From Yuukianura sp. NJ FZ-2021 (lineage: Eukaryota): a stretch of DNA of 64,000 nucleotides. Below, in pieces: positions 49,326 through 61,744 of this stretch; positions within the stretch are counted from its first letter, which is position 1; each line of letters begins with the position of its first letter. The translations under genes were made by a program, and so were the position numbers. The DNA lies in assembly GCA_046563655.1 (NCBI GenBank), contig CM102287.1, positions 3,720,001 through 3,784,000 on the forward strand, written 5' to 3'. The notes under the pieces were generated by a model. That model did not search any database. It was not told the origin of the DNA and saw nothing but the letters and a program-made list of their open reading frames with translations.

Positions 49326-52300
49326 TCAAACAGACACTCCAGCCTCGGCCAATCGCTTGTCCAGCTCATCAAACAAAGGTGTGAAATAGTGGATCAGCGA
49401 AGCTGTCGACAGTTTTCCTTGGCCCGTCAGAACCTTCAGCGCTTCTGGCCAGTTTTCACGAAATCCCATTGCCATCACATCGCTGAAACCAAAAAATCGA
49501 TATTTTGAAATTTGGAATAAGCTGTTTGAACAATTTGCTGTTTGAACAGCTTCAATTTGCCAACTTACGCCAGTTTCTTTCCAGCTTCTTTGTTTCCAGC
49601 AAAGTCGCATTGATAAAGTGGTTTCGAGGTGGGGCTGCCTGGCGTAAATTCTTTAGCAGTGATGCACATTGCTTCGTAGAACTGAAACTGCAGAATGTGA
49701 CTGATGAAGTATCGAATGTACTCAACATTGGCCACAATGTGATACTTGGCAGCAGGGTCAAAGGTCATTGGATCCCTTGGTGCTGGAGGCACAATACGCT
49801 GATTCTCTTTTCGAATTTCCCACCATCTAATACTGTAGTTTGCAGGGTTCAGCTTCCCCTCTATTACTTCCCAGCGCCACTTGTCCACCGAATAAGCAAA
49901 CGGGAGAAATGCAATCTAAAAATACACAGTAACGTACAGTTGGACTGGACAGTTAACTTGATTCTCGCATAGATTTCGAAAATTTGAAACTTTTTTTTTT
50001 CTAATTTTGAAATTTCGTTTTCCAAAAATTTAGAAATTATGTTTTCAAAAATTTTTCAAAATGTAAGCTGAATTTTTTTATTAGTTTTTGTTTTTTACCT
50101 TTTCGAGAGCCATTTGGTACAGAAAGTTTATGTCTACTGGAGACGGAGGAGGCGGGGCTTGTGAATCAGCGTTCTGATTGGAGCAGTCGAGGTCAAGGCC
50201 AAGGTCAAGTTGTAGAGCGCATTGGAGATGCTTCGGAGTAGTCACGGCCAGGGCTAAAGCATCTCCTAAAGCCTCATGGAATCCAGGATTGGCTCCATCC
50301 CGAAATATAACGTGCTCATTGGTGTACTGCATGAAGTACTCAATGTGACCTGCAAGGTCAAAGGTCAAGGTCATGGTGACATATACATCTTTTATTTTTA
50401 AACTTTGGAAATTTGATGTTCGTTTGTTTACCCATTTCGTGGTGAGCAGTGACAAGGTCGTCTAATGCCACCTTAGTGCACTGCTTGATTCTAAAATTTC
50501 AAAAAAAAAAAAAAAAAAAATCAAGGTCAAGGTCAAAGGTCAAGAAAAATTTCACTGAATTTGGATTTTTTACAAACCTGAAGTCCGTGTTTCCTCTGCC
50601 CAAGCAGAAATCTAGAAACAAAACAAAATTATTTCAGCTTTGAAGCACTAATCGATATACAGCAGCAGCGATTCAGCGATTGTACTGGAAATTTTTCACT
50701 TAACCTTCAGCGCTTGCGTGACAAACGACTTCCCGATCCGTTGGTTTGACCAGCATGCTCTTCTCTCAAAACGTCGGAGTCATTCTCTGCAATCCCATGT
50801 CCCCGAAAAAGTCATCGGCCCTTCAAAAATCTTCTTGGGCGTGTACCCCTATTCAAACAAAATTGTTCAAAATCATGGCAAAAATTCATAAATGAAATTG
50901 TAACTTTTCAAACCTTGTTTATCAAAGCTGCAGTGACATTGACAGCAGTAGCATTCGGGTAAGGCTTCGTACTTGCGTCCAGTTCACCCCACTGCTGTGC
51001 CCACATATTTCCAAAGACATGTGCTGGCAGATACTGGCCGAATCCACCTTCTTCGAACTTGGCCTTCCATGCTGGATTCTTTTTCAGTTGGAGACCAACG
51101 TAAGAGTGCAGTTTTTTGTAATACGGCTCCAGCGATTTCCAAATCGCTTCCATTTCGGCCTTGAACTTAGCCGGAGTCCACTCGTTCCCAACGTCGTCGT
51201 CGTAGTCCATCAGCGACAGTTCAGTCATCTGCAACGACAAACAAACGAAAAATAAACATTTTGTTTTTCAAATTTTTCAAAAATGTTCTTGAAAATTATG
51301 ATTCAGATGTGAAAAGTTTTGTTTTCCAACACATTCCGTCTCTGAGATATGAATTTGTAAAGTTTATGAATTTTGAAATTTTGGAAATTTTTACACTGAA
51401 GTTAAATGTTCTCATGGGAAACTGTGTGGAGTAATGCGAAGATCGGCTGGCTCAAGTTGCAGAACACAAATTTACATAATTGAGTACAAAAATTTGCCAA
51501 AAAACGTACATTCAAAATTCATAGAATTCGTGCATAGAGAGTGGTTAAGGTTAGTTAACGTACATCTTTGAATCCATTGGCGTTGGCCATTTCATTCTGG
51601 AGGTCAATGAACTGCTTGTACTCGTTCGGCGTGACCTTTGACCACATCGTGTCATGCCAAGCTGTCCAATAGTACGCCAGTTCATCATAGTCCTTACTCG
51701 AGGTCAGTTTGGCTTCAATTTCTAAGTACAAGATACCAAAAAAACCTTCCGTTAAAATTGAAACTTTTAAATTCAATTTTTTCAAAAACTTGACGTTGTT
51801 TGTGCTGCTCACCAGGATCAAGCGTGTAGTTGCAAATTGTAGGATTTTGATATTCGCAAACAGTTGCTGTTGCATAGACAGATTCCATTTGAGCCTGGAT
51901 TTCATTCATTTTGGCAACATGTGCTGGCAGCATTGTTCCTGGACCGGATACTTTCAAGTACTTGATCTCTCTCTTCACAGTTTCATTCTTAAAGGAATCC
52001 AAATGCGGGAACTTCGCCAGTAGCTCTTTCTGCACAGTGGCTTGAAATTCTCCAAATTCATTGGTCGCCAAAACCTAAAAACCAAAATTTTGAAGCAAAA
52101 AGGTCACGAGGTCAATATTCACAAATCTTACTGAATTGTTCTCTGATTCTTTCGTGACATTCGTGATATAACTCCATCTTGCTTCTGTTTGCTTGTTACA
52201 TGCTGCCGAGTATCGTTTTTCCAAATCTTCCAAGTACTGGATCGCTTCTGCTTCTTCTTGCTCTTGCGCAGAAGCAACTTGAGCTGAACGCAGAGACACG

Positions 52301-52344
52301 ACGATAAAAAGCGCCAAAACGGTTTTCCAGTATTGCAGTGACAT
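49326..52344 (-). pseudogene. Angiotensin-converting enzyme-like (M2 peptidase), single domain, apparently disrupted
   Basis: Signal peptide; [50 protein letters not shown]. One exon has a 1-nt frameshift (~50820) and a TGA at 50766-50768. Confidence 0.82.
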
Positions 52345-52592
52345 TTTTGTGGCAAGTGCTAAACTAAACTAAATTGTCAATTGCGATCCAAGCACATTCT
52401 TGCAACTGAAAGAAAAACAATGGCCTTTTATAAACCTGTTCCTGATAAAAATTTGAGAAGGTTTGAAACTGGTACTAAGGTCGTTACCACCTCACACCAG
52501 AAAGTAATTAAGAAACAACAAAATGTTAATTGCACCAACAAATGAAGTCACACCACATCTCTTGCTGCTAATGAAAATTCTATGGTTATTAC

Positions 52593-53050
52593 CACGGTTG
52601 GTTGGTTTAAACCAATTGATTTAAACCAATGGTTTAAACCATGGTTTAAACCAAGTGGTTTTTTAAAAATAAAAACCTGGTTTAAATTAACACAGAAATT
52701 AGCATGGAAAACGGGGAAATCTTGAAATTTTTCACCTCGAAACAACGAATTCCCCACAAATTGTTGTGTTATATTCTGCTCCTTGTTCTATTAACCCTTT
52801 TTTCTCTTCAGTTGTCAAATTTTAGTCAAAAGTAGACAAACTAACTACATTATTTGACAATATTTTACTAAAATACACCTTTTCAGTATACTATTTTCGA
52901 TAAAAACCCGCTTTTGATTTAAACCATAAAAAAAACCTGGTTTAAAACAAAAACCAGGTTTTTTTGGTTTATAAAAAAAACCTGGTTTAAACCAAAAACC
53001 AGGTTTTTTTGGTTTTTATTTTAAAAAAAACCAAAAACCACCCAACCCTA
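52593..53050. mobile_element. hAT-like MITE with GGTTTAAACC subterminal repeats
   Basis: CACGGTTGG...CCAACCCTA flanked by a near-duplicated TTATTAC. Confidence 0.6.
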
Positions 53051-53300
53051 TTATTACGTTATTACTTCCCGATCACCTTAGTTTCTAACAGTAGTATGAA
53101 CACAAATACTTTGATTTACCAACGAAAAGTGGAAAAATAGTGACGTAAAATGACTATGAACTTGAAATATTTCCAAGTTGAAAAGAAATAGTCTATTACT
53201 ACTCGCCTTATTTATCCCTTGGGAACAAAAGGCTTTGGTGTTGACCTTGAAATGCTCAAGGTCAACATCATGGTCAGTTGAGAACAATGAACTCCAATAA

Positions 53301-55114
53301 TTACTTTTCTTCATCACTACTATTACTAAACCAGTCTCGCGTGACCTTTGACACTTCTTTCAAGGACGACGATGGACCTGGATCTGACCTTGACCTGGAA
53401 GTGGCAGTGTTGGAGATGATGGTGACTTGAGGACAAATGAGCTTCGCAGCAGCGTCAATCTGAGCAGGGTGCATGATGCAGTCAGATCCGCAGAGAGACT
53501 CATGGTCGCTACTAATAGAATCCACCTAAGAAAAAAAATCAAAATAAAAAGTGACTTTTACAAAAAGTAGAAATTTATGTTGATTATTTTTGGCAAAAAC
53601 TAAAATTCATTTGTGGAATCTTACCAGATTTTGATCAAAAACGGAGGATTTTCCAAAAACGGCAACTCGATTCTTCGTGGAGTCTTGCACTACTTGGACA
53701 TTGAGTAATCGTAGATCAGTTTCAACTTGGTCCAGTGTAGGATAGAGCAGAAGTGATTGAAGATTGAGCAGAGGATACTTGCAAGTTGATGATCCAAAAC
53801 CTTTGGAGATCACATTGAAGGATTTTCTGTTAAACAAAATCAACGCCAGTTTGTAAAAATTTGTTCCAGGCGATGTTGTTATTTAACGTAATTTCACATA
53901 CAAAGTTTATAACATTTGAACACCCGCTTGGACTTACAGACGAAGCCTCTTTGTATGTTCAAACGCAGCAGAACACATCAACGGCGGCAGTAGTTTGAGC
54001 AGTTTGAAATACTTGACGAAATTGTTACACTGGAAGCACAAGGACATTTGGGTTGCAAGTTGGTAGTTCTTGTCGTCCCTGAATTAAGAAGAAAGGCTTA
54101 GTTAATTAAATTGTACTTTATGTTATCAAGTTTTTTAGTAGATTATGACCTTACTAACTTGAGATTATCTTGACCTCTAATGGCTAAAGCTCTCCGAAGT
54201 ACTTCTCCAGATTCTGGACAGAGAATGACATAGAGTGATTCAAATTCGGCTCGACTCGGTTTCCAGTAAGAATTGAGCTCGTACAGAGACAACAAACGTT
54301 TCAGATTATCCATGAGATGCTTCCGGTTGATATTTGGGTCAAAGGTGGTAGGTGGTTCGTGTCTACATCTGTGAACAAAATGATTTGAGATGAATTTAAA
54401 CTACGTAGAAATGTATTTGAATCTTACCGATATGCAGAGTAAATGTGGAAGCGAACCATTGACTCTAGGATTCTGATTGCTGACGAGTCCGTGATACGTT
54501 GAATAACCAAATCCTGCCTTATAGCGCGTAGACGATCAAATATAAAGTCGTAAATAGTTGTAAACTGCTCATCTCTGCGTGTCAAGATTCTGAAAATTAA
54601 ATGTATTCTTTCGTTTTGAACCAACTTTTGGGGAGAAATACAGAAATTGTAGTACTTGACTGACTCGCCATATAAGTAGACTGCTGTTCTCTCAAGTACA
54701 TCAGCAGGTCGCAGGTCAGCTGGAGACGTTTTGTCAAGCCCAGCCGCAGATCTTGTAAACGTTTTCACCACTTTTGACACATCTCCTTTAAAAATCATTT
54801 TCTTTACTCTGTTACGTGATGCAGCCTGTGACGACCTCGTAGTTAATCCACATCCAGCTTCGGCTAAATCATCGCTCCGCTCAAACTTGTGTAGCAGCCC
54901 CTCCCGCTCTCGCCTTAACAAAACAAACGGATATTTTAGGTTTACACTTACAAACGTTTAGTTAATCTTCGTTCGCTTTACTTTGTTTATTGCAAAAATT
55001 TGCAAATTCTGGACAATTCTGATTTTCGATTTTTGAATTAGAAAGAAAAACTTACATTAGCCGTTCTTTAAGAGGACACATATCTATGCACGTCCCTGTG
55101 ATCACAGTAGTCAT
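53301..55114 (-). CDS. SAC3/GANP-domain protein (SAC3D1-like), multi-exon
   Basis: ITGTCIDMCP..ER..REREGLLHKFE, VKTFTRSAAG, DLRP..VL, YDFIFDRLRAIRQDLVIQ, LESMVRFHI. Confidence 0.85.
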
Positions 55115-55448
55115 GATTAAATCCACTAATTCCAGTGAAGAATCACTAATCAATTATTAATTGAGATTGAGAACAAAACAAGGTGAACAAAATGATCACG
55201 TAAACTTCAATTTGAATTTTTGTTTTCTTACTTTACTTTTATTTGTTTATTTGGTGAAATTCAAATTACTTCCCGCGTTTTTCTGCAATGGGGGAAAATG
55301 AGACGTTCAGTCAGAATTTGCTGCACAATAACAACTATGGTTAATTGAATTACAATAAGCGAATTAATTAAGTTAATATTTAAATAATTATTTAATGTCT
55401 AATTAATTTAATATTTAATTAAGCTGCATTTTGCATCCATTATAGCTT

Positions 55449-57169
55449 TCAAAATGCTTTTCTGCCCATGAGTATAATGGCTTTTGTTTCAGTGTCGTGA
55501 ATGAAGTACAAGAACGGATGATCCGCTCTCACCACAATTTGTTCTTTTCCTCCTTATAAAAAGTAAGATCAATTAATTGAAATACTTGTAATTCACAACT
55601 AATTACTTAAAATTCGGGAAACAATTACCCGCTGGTGCTTCGTCTGCTGGTTGATTCCCTTTTTCTGTAATGGACAACACCGTCTTGTGCACAATTTTGT
55701 CCAGGAAAAGTCCCGGGTACGGAGTAATTCCATTGTAGTCCAGAATCCCTCGAGCGTCAGGGTCCACATTAATTCCAAGCTAATTCATCATGAATTATTC
55801 TTAATTAAGTAATTACGTAAGTAATTACGTAAGTAATTAAGTATTTGTATTCAATGTTGCAATCTTCTGGCTGACCTTGGTAATCATTGACCTTGGATCA
55901 GTGTGTCCAAAAGTCCAAAACGACTCGGCGTCAAACTTAGGCAAAAACAAATTCACTACAGTTGACCTCATCTGCGTCAAAATCGAAGTCAAAGTGCGAT
56001 TTCCCGTTTTCAGGGTATCTTCCAACGGAAATCGCAAACCATCGCGATTTTTTGGTACCAAAACTACCATTTCTAGTCGTTCCCCCTAAAATTTTACCAA
56101 ATTCAGCGTTTCCAAAAATCAAAATTTTCGAAATTTTTAGTTTCTTGTGAACCCGTACTTACTGAAAATGGAATCGCTACGACCTGTGACCTCATGTCCG
56201 GTAAATCAGCGTACTTTAACTTGCCATGATAGTTCATCATAGTTGTACTCGTAGCAGCATGAGTGTCATTTAAATAGAAAAGGTCAAAGGTCGAACCTTC
56301 TCCAGTAGGCTGAAGTGTAAACGGATGCTCCCAGATTCCACGAAAATAGACGCCACTTATCCCAACTAGTTTTGTGTCTTTTGAAATTGAATCTAAAGAA
56401 ATTTTTGAAATTTAGTGTTTTTCGAAATTTTGAATTCTAGGAAACTGAAATTTTGACACCATACCTGGAGAGATTACCGAGGTCACCTTCCCTTTCGTTT
56501 TTTGACTCATCCAAGTATTAATTTTTTCAGCTGTGGTCACACTTTTTCCAAAATCAGCGCTGCGCACGCCTCCTGACGCTGAAAAGTCTTCTGTCAGCGA
56601 TTCCTTGAATTTCGTTCTAATTTGGTGGCTCGTTGGAACGTAAATCCTTTGGATTGATTTGTACTCGATGTCATCGCTGTCCTAAATTTTGAAAGTTTTT
56701 GGATTTCGAAATTTTGAAATTTGATTTTTTTGAATTTCTTACAGGTAAATTTTGGAGTAATTCTGAAAAGCCTTCGGTGATTTGCTTATCGCTAAGTGTA
56801 CGCATTTCCAGTGCGCCAGCCAGTTCGTCTTTTCGGCTGGAAGTCGAGCCGCTCCAAAGCATTCCGAGCAGAGCGCTGACCGAGAACGGAGAAAACACAA
56901 AGTTCCCATGTTGTGTTTTTGTTTCTCGCAGAAGCTGCAAAGGTCAAAGGTCATTGATGAGAAATGAGTCGAGGTCAAGTACAAAATTTCATAGTTCAAC
57001 TTACAAAGTAAAACTTTTTGGCAAATTTTGTATTTGCTTCTACGATGGATTTGAGTGGAAAGTTGTCTTCGTCTGACGGAACTTCTTCTTCTTCATCCTC
57101 TTCAGACTGTGAATTGACACTGGTCAAGGTCAAGGTCAGCAGAACTAACGCGGTTACGCAAAACTTCAT
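55449..57169 (-). CDS. Secreted serpin-family protein 1, multi-exon
   Basis: Signal peptide; NFVFSPFSVSALLGML; VYFRGIWEHPF; SEFVFA/NLFLPKF region; C-terminal ADHPFLYFIHD..IILMGR. Confidence 0.85.
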
Positions 57170-57460
57170 TTTTGAAATTGAAAACTGAAAAATTCAATTG
57201 AAAACTGCCGAGTACAAAAATTTCGAGTTTAACTGTGCACTTTTGTGAAAGTGAACTGAAGTTCGCTGTCTCGCATACATTTCAAAACCAGTTTTGACAT
57301 TTAATTGGTGTCAACCACTTTTAGTTTGTTTTTGCCTCGTTTTAAGTGTTAAAGTATTAACTAGGTTAACATTTAAACCTACGTTAACTTAACCAACTAA
57401 GCGAAACTAAAGTAATTCGTAAGTAATTAGTAAGTAATTAAAGTTTTATTTCTAAATTAA

Positions 57461-59126
57461 CTAATTAATTTTTCTACCAACAATTAAAATCGACTCTGTT
57501 GAAAATTCATAAATGAAAAACAGAAAGGGATGATCCACGTTGAACATCGTGCGATTTCTCTTTGAGGTCAACTTGTCCACTCCTACAAAATATATTAAAA
57601 AGTATTAAAACATAATAAAATGTATTAATATATAATATTTTCTACTTGGAACAGTAGGTTTGAGTCCCCCAACCCCTTCCTCATTGACCGAAATGGAACT
57701 ACGCAAGGTCACATCCGTAAAGTAGAGGTCACCACCGCAATCAATTCCCCGGAAATCGGCTACTGTTGGATACAGAATTCCACTCATCCCAAGCTGAGAA
57801 AGTTTCAAAATTTTGAAAAATTGAACTTAAAATTTTGAAATCTGACCTACTTTTTGAAATTGACATTTTTGACGTAGTGCTTACCCTTCCAAGAGCTCCG
57901 CTTTGTGCTAAGAAGATGGTCGAGTTGAGGTCAAATTTTGGAAGCCAAAGGTCAATCCAACTTCGTTTTAGTTTTTTAGGAATAGAATTCAACGGCACAG
58001 TTTTTAAATTTGACTCCAGGAATTCCAGCCCACCGCGATTATTCGGCAGAACGATGACCATTCCATAACGGTCTCCCTGGTTTCCAAAGATGAAATTTTG
58101 AAGTTTCCAAATTTCGAAATTTCGAAATTCAAAATTTTGAAAAAATTTACTTGAAATGGTAGCATGACGGCAGATGAATCCAGATCTGGTAACTGAGTAA
58201 ATGGGAAGTAATCGTCGTGGTTCATCATTGCAACACTCAAGCGATCGTTTTGGTTCAAGAAAAAATGGGCGGGCCGAGTAGACAAAAATCCAAATTTTTT
58301 CTTCCATGGACCCAGAAATTCAGCAGAAGCCAGTAGAATTCCTGCTACAAATTTTGAAATTTCCGAAATATTTTTTGTCAACACAGCACATCATTTTAGT
58401 CAAACTTTTTTTCCAAAAACATATTTTACCCGCATTCGAATTTGCGTTTTCTGCAACCAACGTTGAAGCATGATTGTTCGAAATTCCGAATCTGCCATTG
58501 GTCCAACCCAAAGTGATCAATTCCTCTCGCGCAGACGCGTTGTTAACAAGAATTTGGACATTGTTGTACTTCCTGTGCAGAATAGTCGCAAATTCTGGAA
58601 CAAAAGGTTGACCTTTGACCTCTGGAACTAAAATCCTAACAGACGAGATGTATCTCACAGCCTGCCCTTGTTGTTCCTGGAAAGTTTTTCGAAAATTTGA
58701 ACGAAAAGCAAATTTCAAAAGTTCTTTTTGTTGAAATCTTGAAATTACCTTCACTGCATTCAAAATATCTGCAGTTCCAGTGTCCAGCGTATGTCGTTGG
58801 ATGTGATCCACCAGCAGTCCTTTTTTCAATAATGTCTCGGTACTTTCCCGCGCTCCTTCTGATAATGCTAACAATCCTGTAGTCAGTGCCAGTGGACCAA
58901 AAATTTCAAAATCTCCTACATCTTTCAAAATCTGAAAAGAATTAAAAAAATAATTCGAATTCAAAAAAAAAATACAACCTTGATCTGCTCTAACCTGGTA
59001 CGCTGTTAGTGTAAAATTCGAATTTGCAGCAGCAACAAAACGAGCTTCGATTGAAACGGGTGAAACAAAATCAATTTTTCCAAAAACTGAAAGCAGAGCA
59101 GTTGTCAATTTCCAAATTTCGAACAT
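57461..59126 (-). CDS. Divergent serpin-family protein 2, multi-exon
   Basis: AEFLGPWKKKF, MVIVLPN, IDLWLPKF, ISVNEEG, FNVDHPFLFFIYE..ILIVGR. Confidence 0.8.
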
Positions 59127-59949
59127 TTCAAAAATGAACTCTTTTTAAAATTTGAAAGGTTGGAGTTCCTTTTCATAGTAGAGCACCAAATGAACGAATG
59201 TGTAAGTGTGAAGAAATTGTTCAAAACGAAATTGGCGCTTGAAACGTGACTAATTTTCAAAAAAAAAATTACGCTTGAAGCTACAAAATCTTCGTGAATC
59301 ACGCTGATCACGATTGAATTTTTTTAGTCATAAATTTATATTCTTCTGCAAAGTCATCAAAGAAAATGAAGACGAAAAAACAGTCAAGGATATTTTGTTC
59401 AAATTTTTTTTCAAAAAGAAAACCAACTTCTGAAATTTTGAAATTTTTTAACATTTCTACGTTTCTAACAAATGCAACTGCGTTCGGCAACAACGATCTA
59501 AACTCTTATTTTGACTGAGCATTTTCGATTTCAAATTTCTCTGCTCGACGTTGAAATTTAACATTTCGAAATTTTGAATTTTACCTCGGAAATTTCTTGT
59601 TTTGATTACTTAAATAAGGGTTGCCTGAAAAGTCATTAAGGGGTGGGTACTTTTTTTGTGTTCAACTTTTGGTCAACTCAATTTTTCAAATTATTTTAGT
59701 GACGAAGGGCAACAATTGAAAAATTCCCCCAAAACTCTGTAAACAAAGCTATTTAAATTTTGAAACAGACATAGAAGGTTTCGAATTGTTTGGCACATTT
59801 TATAAAATTTGAGTTCTGAATTTGAATTTGAATTTGAAAGAGTTTTGAATTTGAATTTAAGTTTTGAGAAACTGGAAATTTGAAAAGTTTTGAACGCTTG
59901 GAATAGAACATATCTAAACTAACAAAAAGAAATTGGATTTCCATATAAA

Positions 59950-61744
59950 ATGACGGCTTCGAGGTAAAAATGTTTCTTTTTAATTGCTCAATTTAAATGA
60001 ACTTTTAATTTGAAGAGGTGATGCAATTTCTAGGCAATCCAGAGTACTATGTGGAGCTATTTTCATATTTTGCCTCATCACATTCTTAATGGTGACTCAC
60101 AATCCATCGTACTCAATTGGCAAATTCAATTCTGCACTTGGATTTCAAATGTTTAACTTCGCATCTAACGCCTCGACGCCCAAAATTCAAAATTTCGGAA
60201 ACCTGTTGCTATCATATGATTGGGCAGGACTGGCAGAATCAACTGCTCACGGAAAAATGGAAGAACTTGAACACAAACAACAAAAGTTAATGTCGCTTCT
60301 CACACCGTATGTCGTCATGGAACCGCTTGTACCGATCGATGAGTCATGTACTGCAAGGCCATTGACCCCACCAAGTGAAATCAAATGTGAAGGTCACGGA
60401 AACATTTTCAAAGGTCATCTTCGGTCAAAACCGATTTCAAAAATTGGAATCATGGTTCAATTTGGATTTGGCGTAGATGTGCTTGAAATTTATTTGAACG
60501 AAGTGTATGACGTTGTGGATCGATTCTTCATACTGGAGTCAACCAGAGCCCATTTGAGACGTACTAAAAAATCACTCATTTGGGAACGAGTCAAAGATCA
60601 ACCTCGATTTCAAAAATTTCAAGACAAAATTGTACATCTTTTGATTGATGACGCCGAGGCAGCAAATACGAAAATTTTCAATGATTCAGTAAACTCGGAA
60701 CGCATATTTCAAATGGAAGCACTTCAAGAACGCCTGCGCTGGGCCAAATTTTTACAGTGGAACAACGCTCATAATTTTTTCAACCAATCAGACTTCATCG
60801 GTAAATTCAAGGATCCTTGACAACCAAAGTGAACTTTCTTTAATAGGTTAGGCGGTAAGACAAGTTTTGAAAAAAAATTTGAGTCAAACAATTTTTTTCT
60901 ACCTTTTTTTTTAACCACCGCTTTTCTACATTGCATTTGCCAATAATTTAAAAGTCATCTCCCTGAATTTTTTAATTCCATTTGTCTTACCAACGGCGAT
61001 TGAAACTGAGAGTGAATTCAGTTTTGAAAATTTTTCTAAAAAAAAATGTAAAACTCGAGTTATTGCCTAACCTGTCGAAAAAAGTATTTGTTTGTTGATC
61101 AACCTTGGATAAATTTTTCGTTTTTTTTTCTACATTTTTTTCTAGATTTTTATGATACAATTTTGATTATAATTCCAGGACTTGGAGATGCTGATGAAAT
61201 CCCAGCTCGAGGAGTAATTCACATGATTCGTCATTGTGACTTTGACGTTGATCGATTCGATGTCGGAATTTGGTTTAGTTTTGGCAATGTCAATTATGCA
61301 TTCAAAACTGATTGGCCAGTTCCAGGACATGCGTATACCCTAGGAGATCCAACATTCTGGAGAGTGGATGCTGCTACAAAGTATGGACAGTCCGGTGAAA
61401 CACCGTCACGCATGCGTGGAAGGTCAGGACACTTTGTTCTTGGCGGAATGCATATGACACATTCTGGATATCTCCCGTTCCAACTCGCACGTCGAACGTC
61501 TTGTTCTGAGTGCCAACCATTTTCAAGTTCTGACATTGATTTCTTTGTCACAAGTTTGAAACATGGTGATGTAGCGGCAATTGAAACAAAACTGGCCGAA
61601 GTTCCGTCAGAGTATTTAGAGCGGAACGAGAAGCTGGAGGACGTGAGCGACATGAATGAAATCGCTATTTTACCTTGGTTTTATTCCTGCAATGTCAACA
61701 GATACCCATCATGGCAGGGGAACCATGACACAAGACTAGATTAG
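59950..61744 (+). CDS. GT17 family (MGAT3-like beta-1,4-N-acetylglucosaminyltransferase), 3 exons
   Basis: Exons ~59950-59963, 60015-60800 and 61179-61744; TM segment near the N-terminus; VDVLEIYLNEVYDVVDRFFILES, GDADEIP, GGMHMT. Confidence 0.78.
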
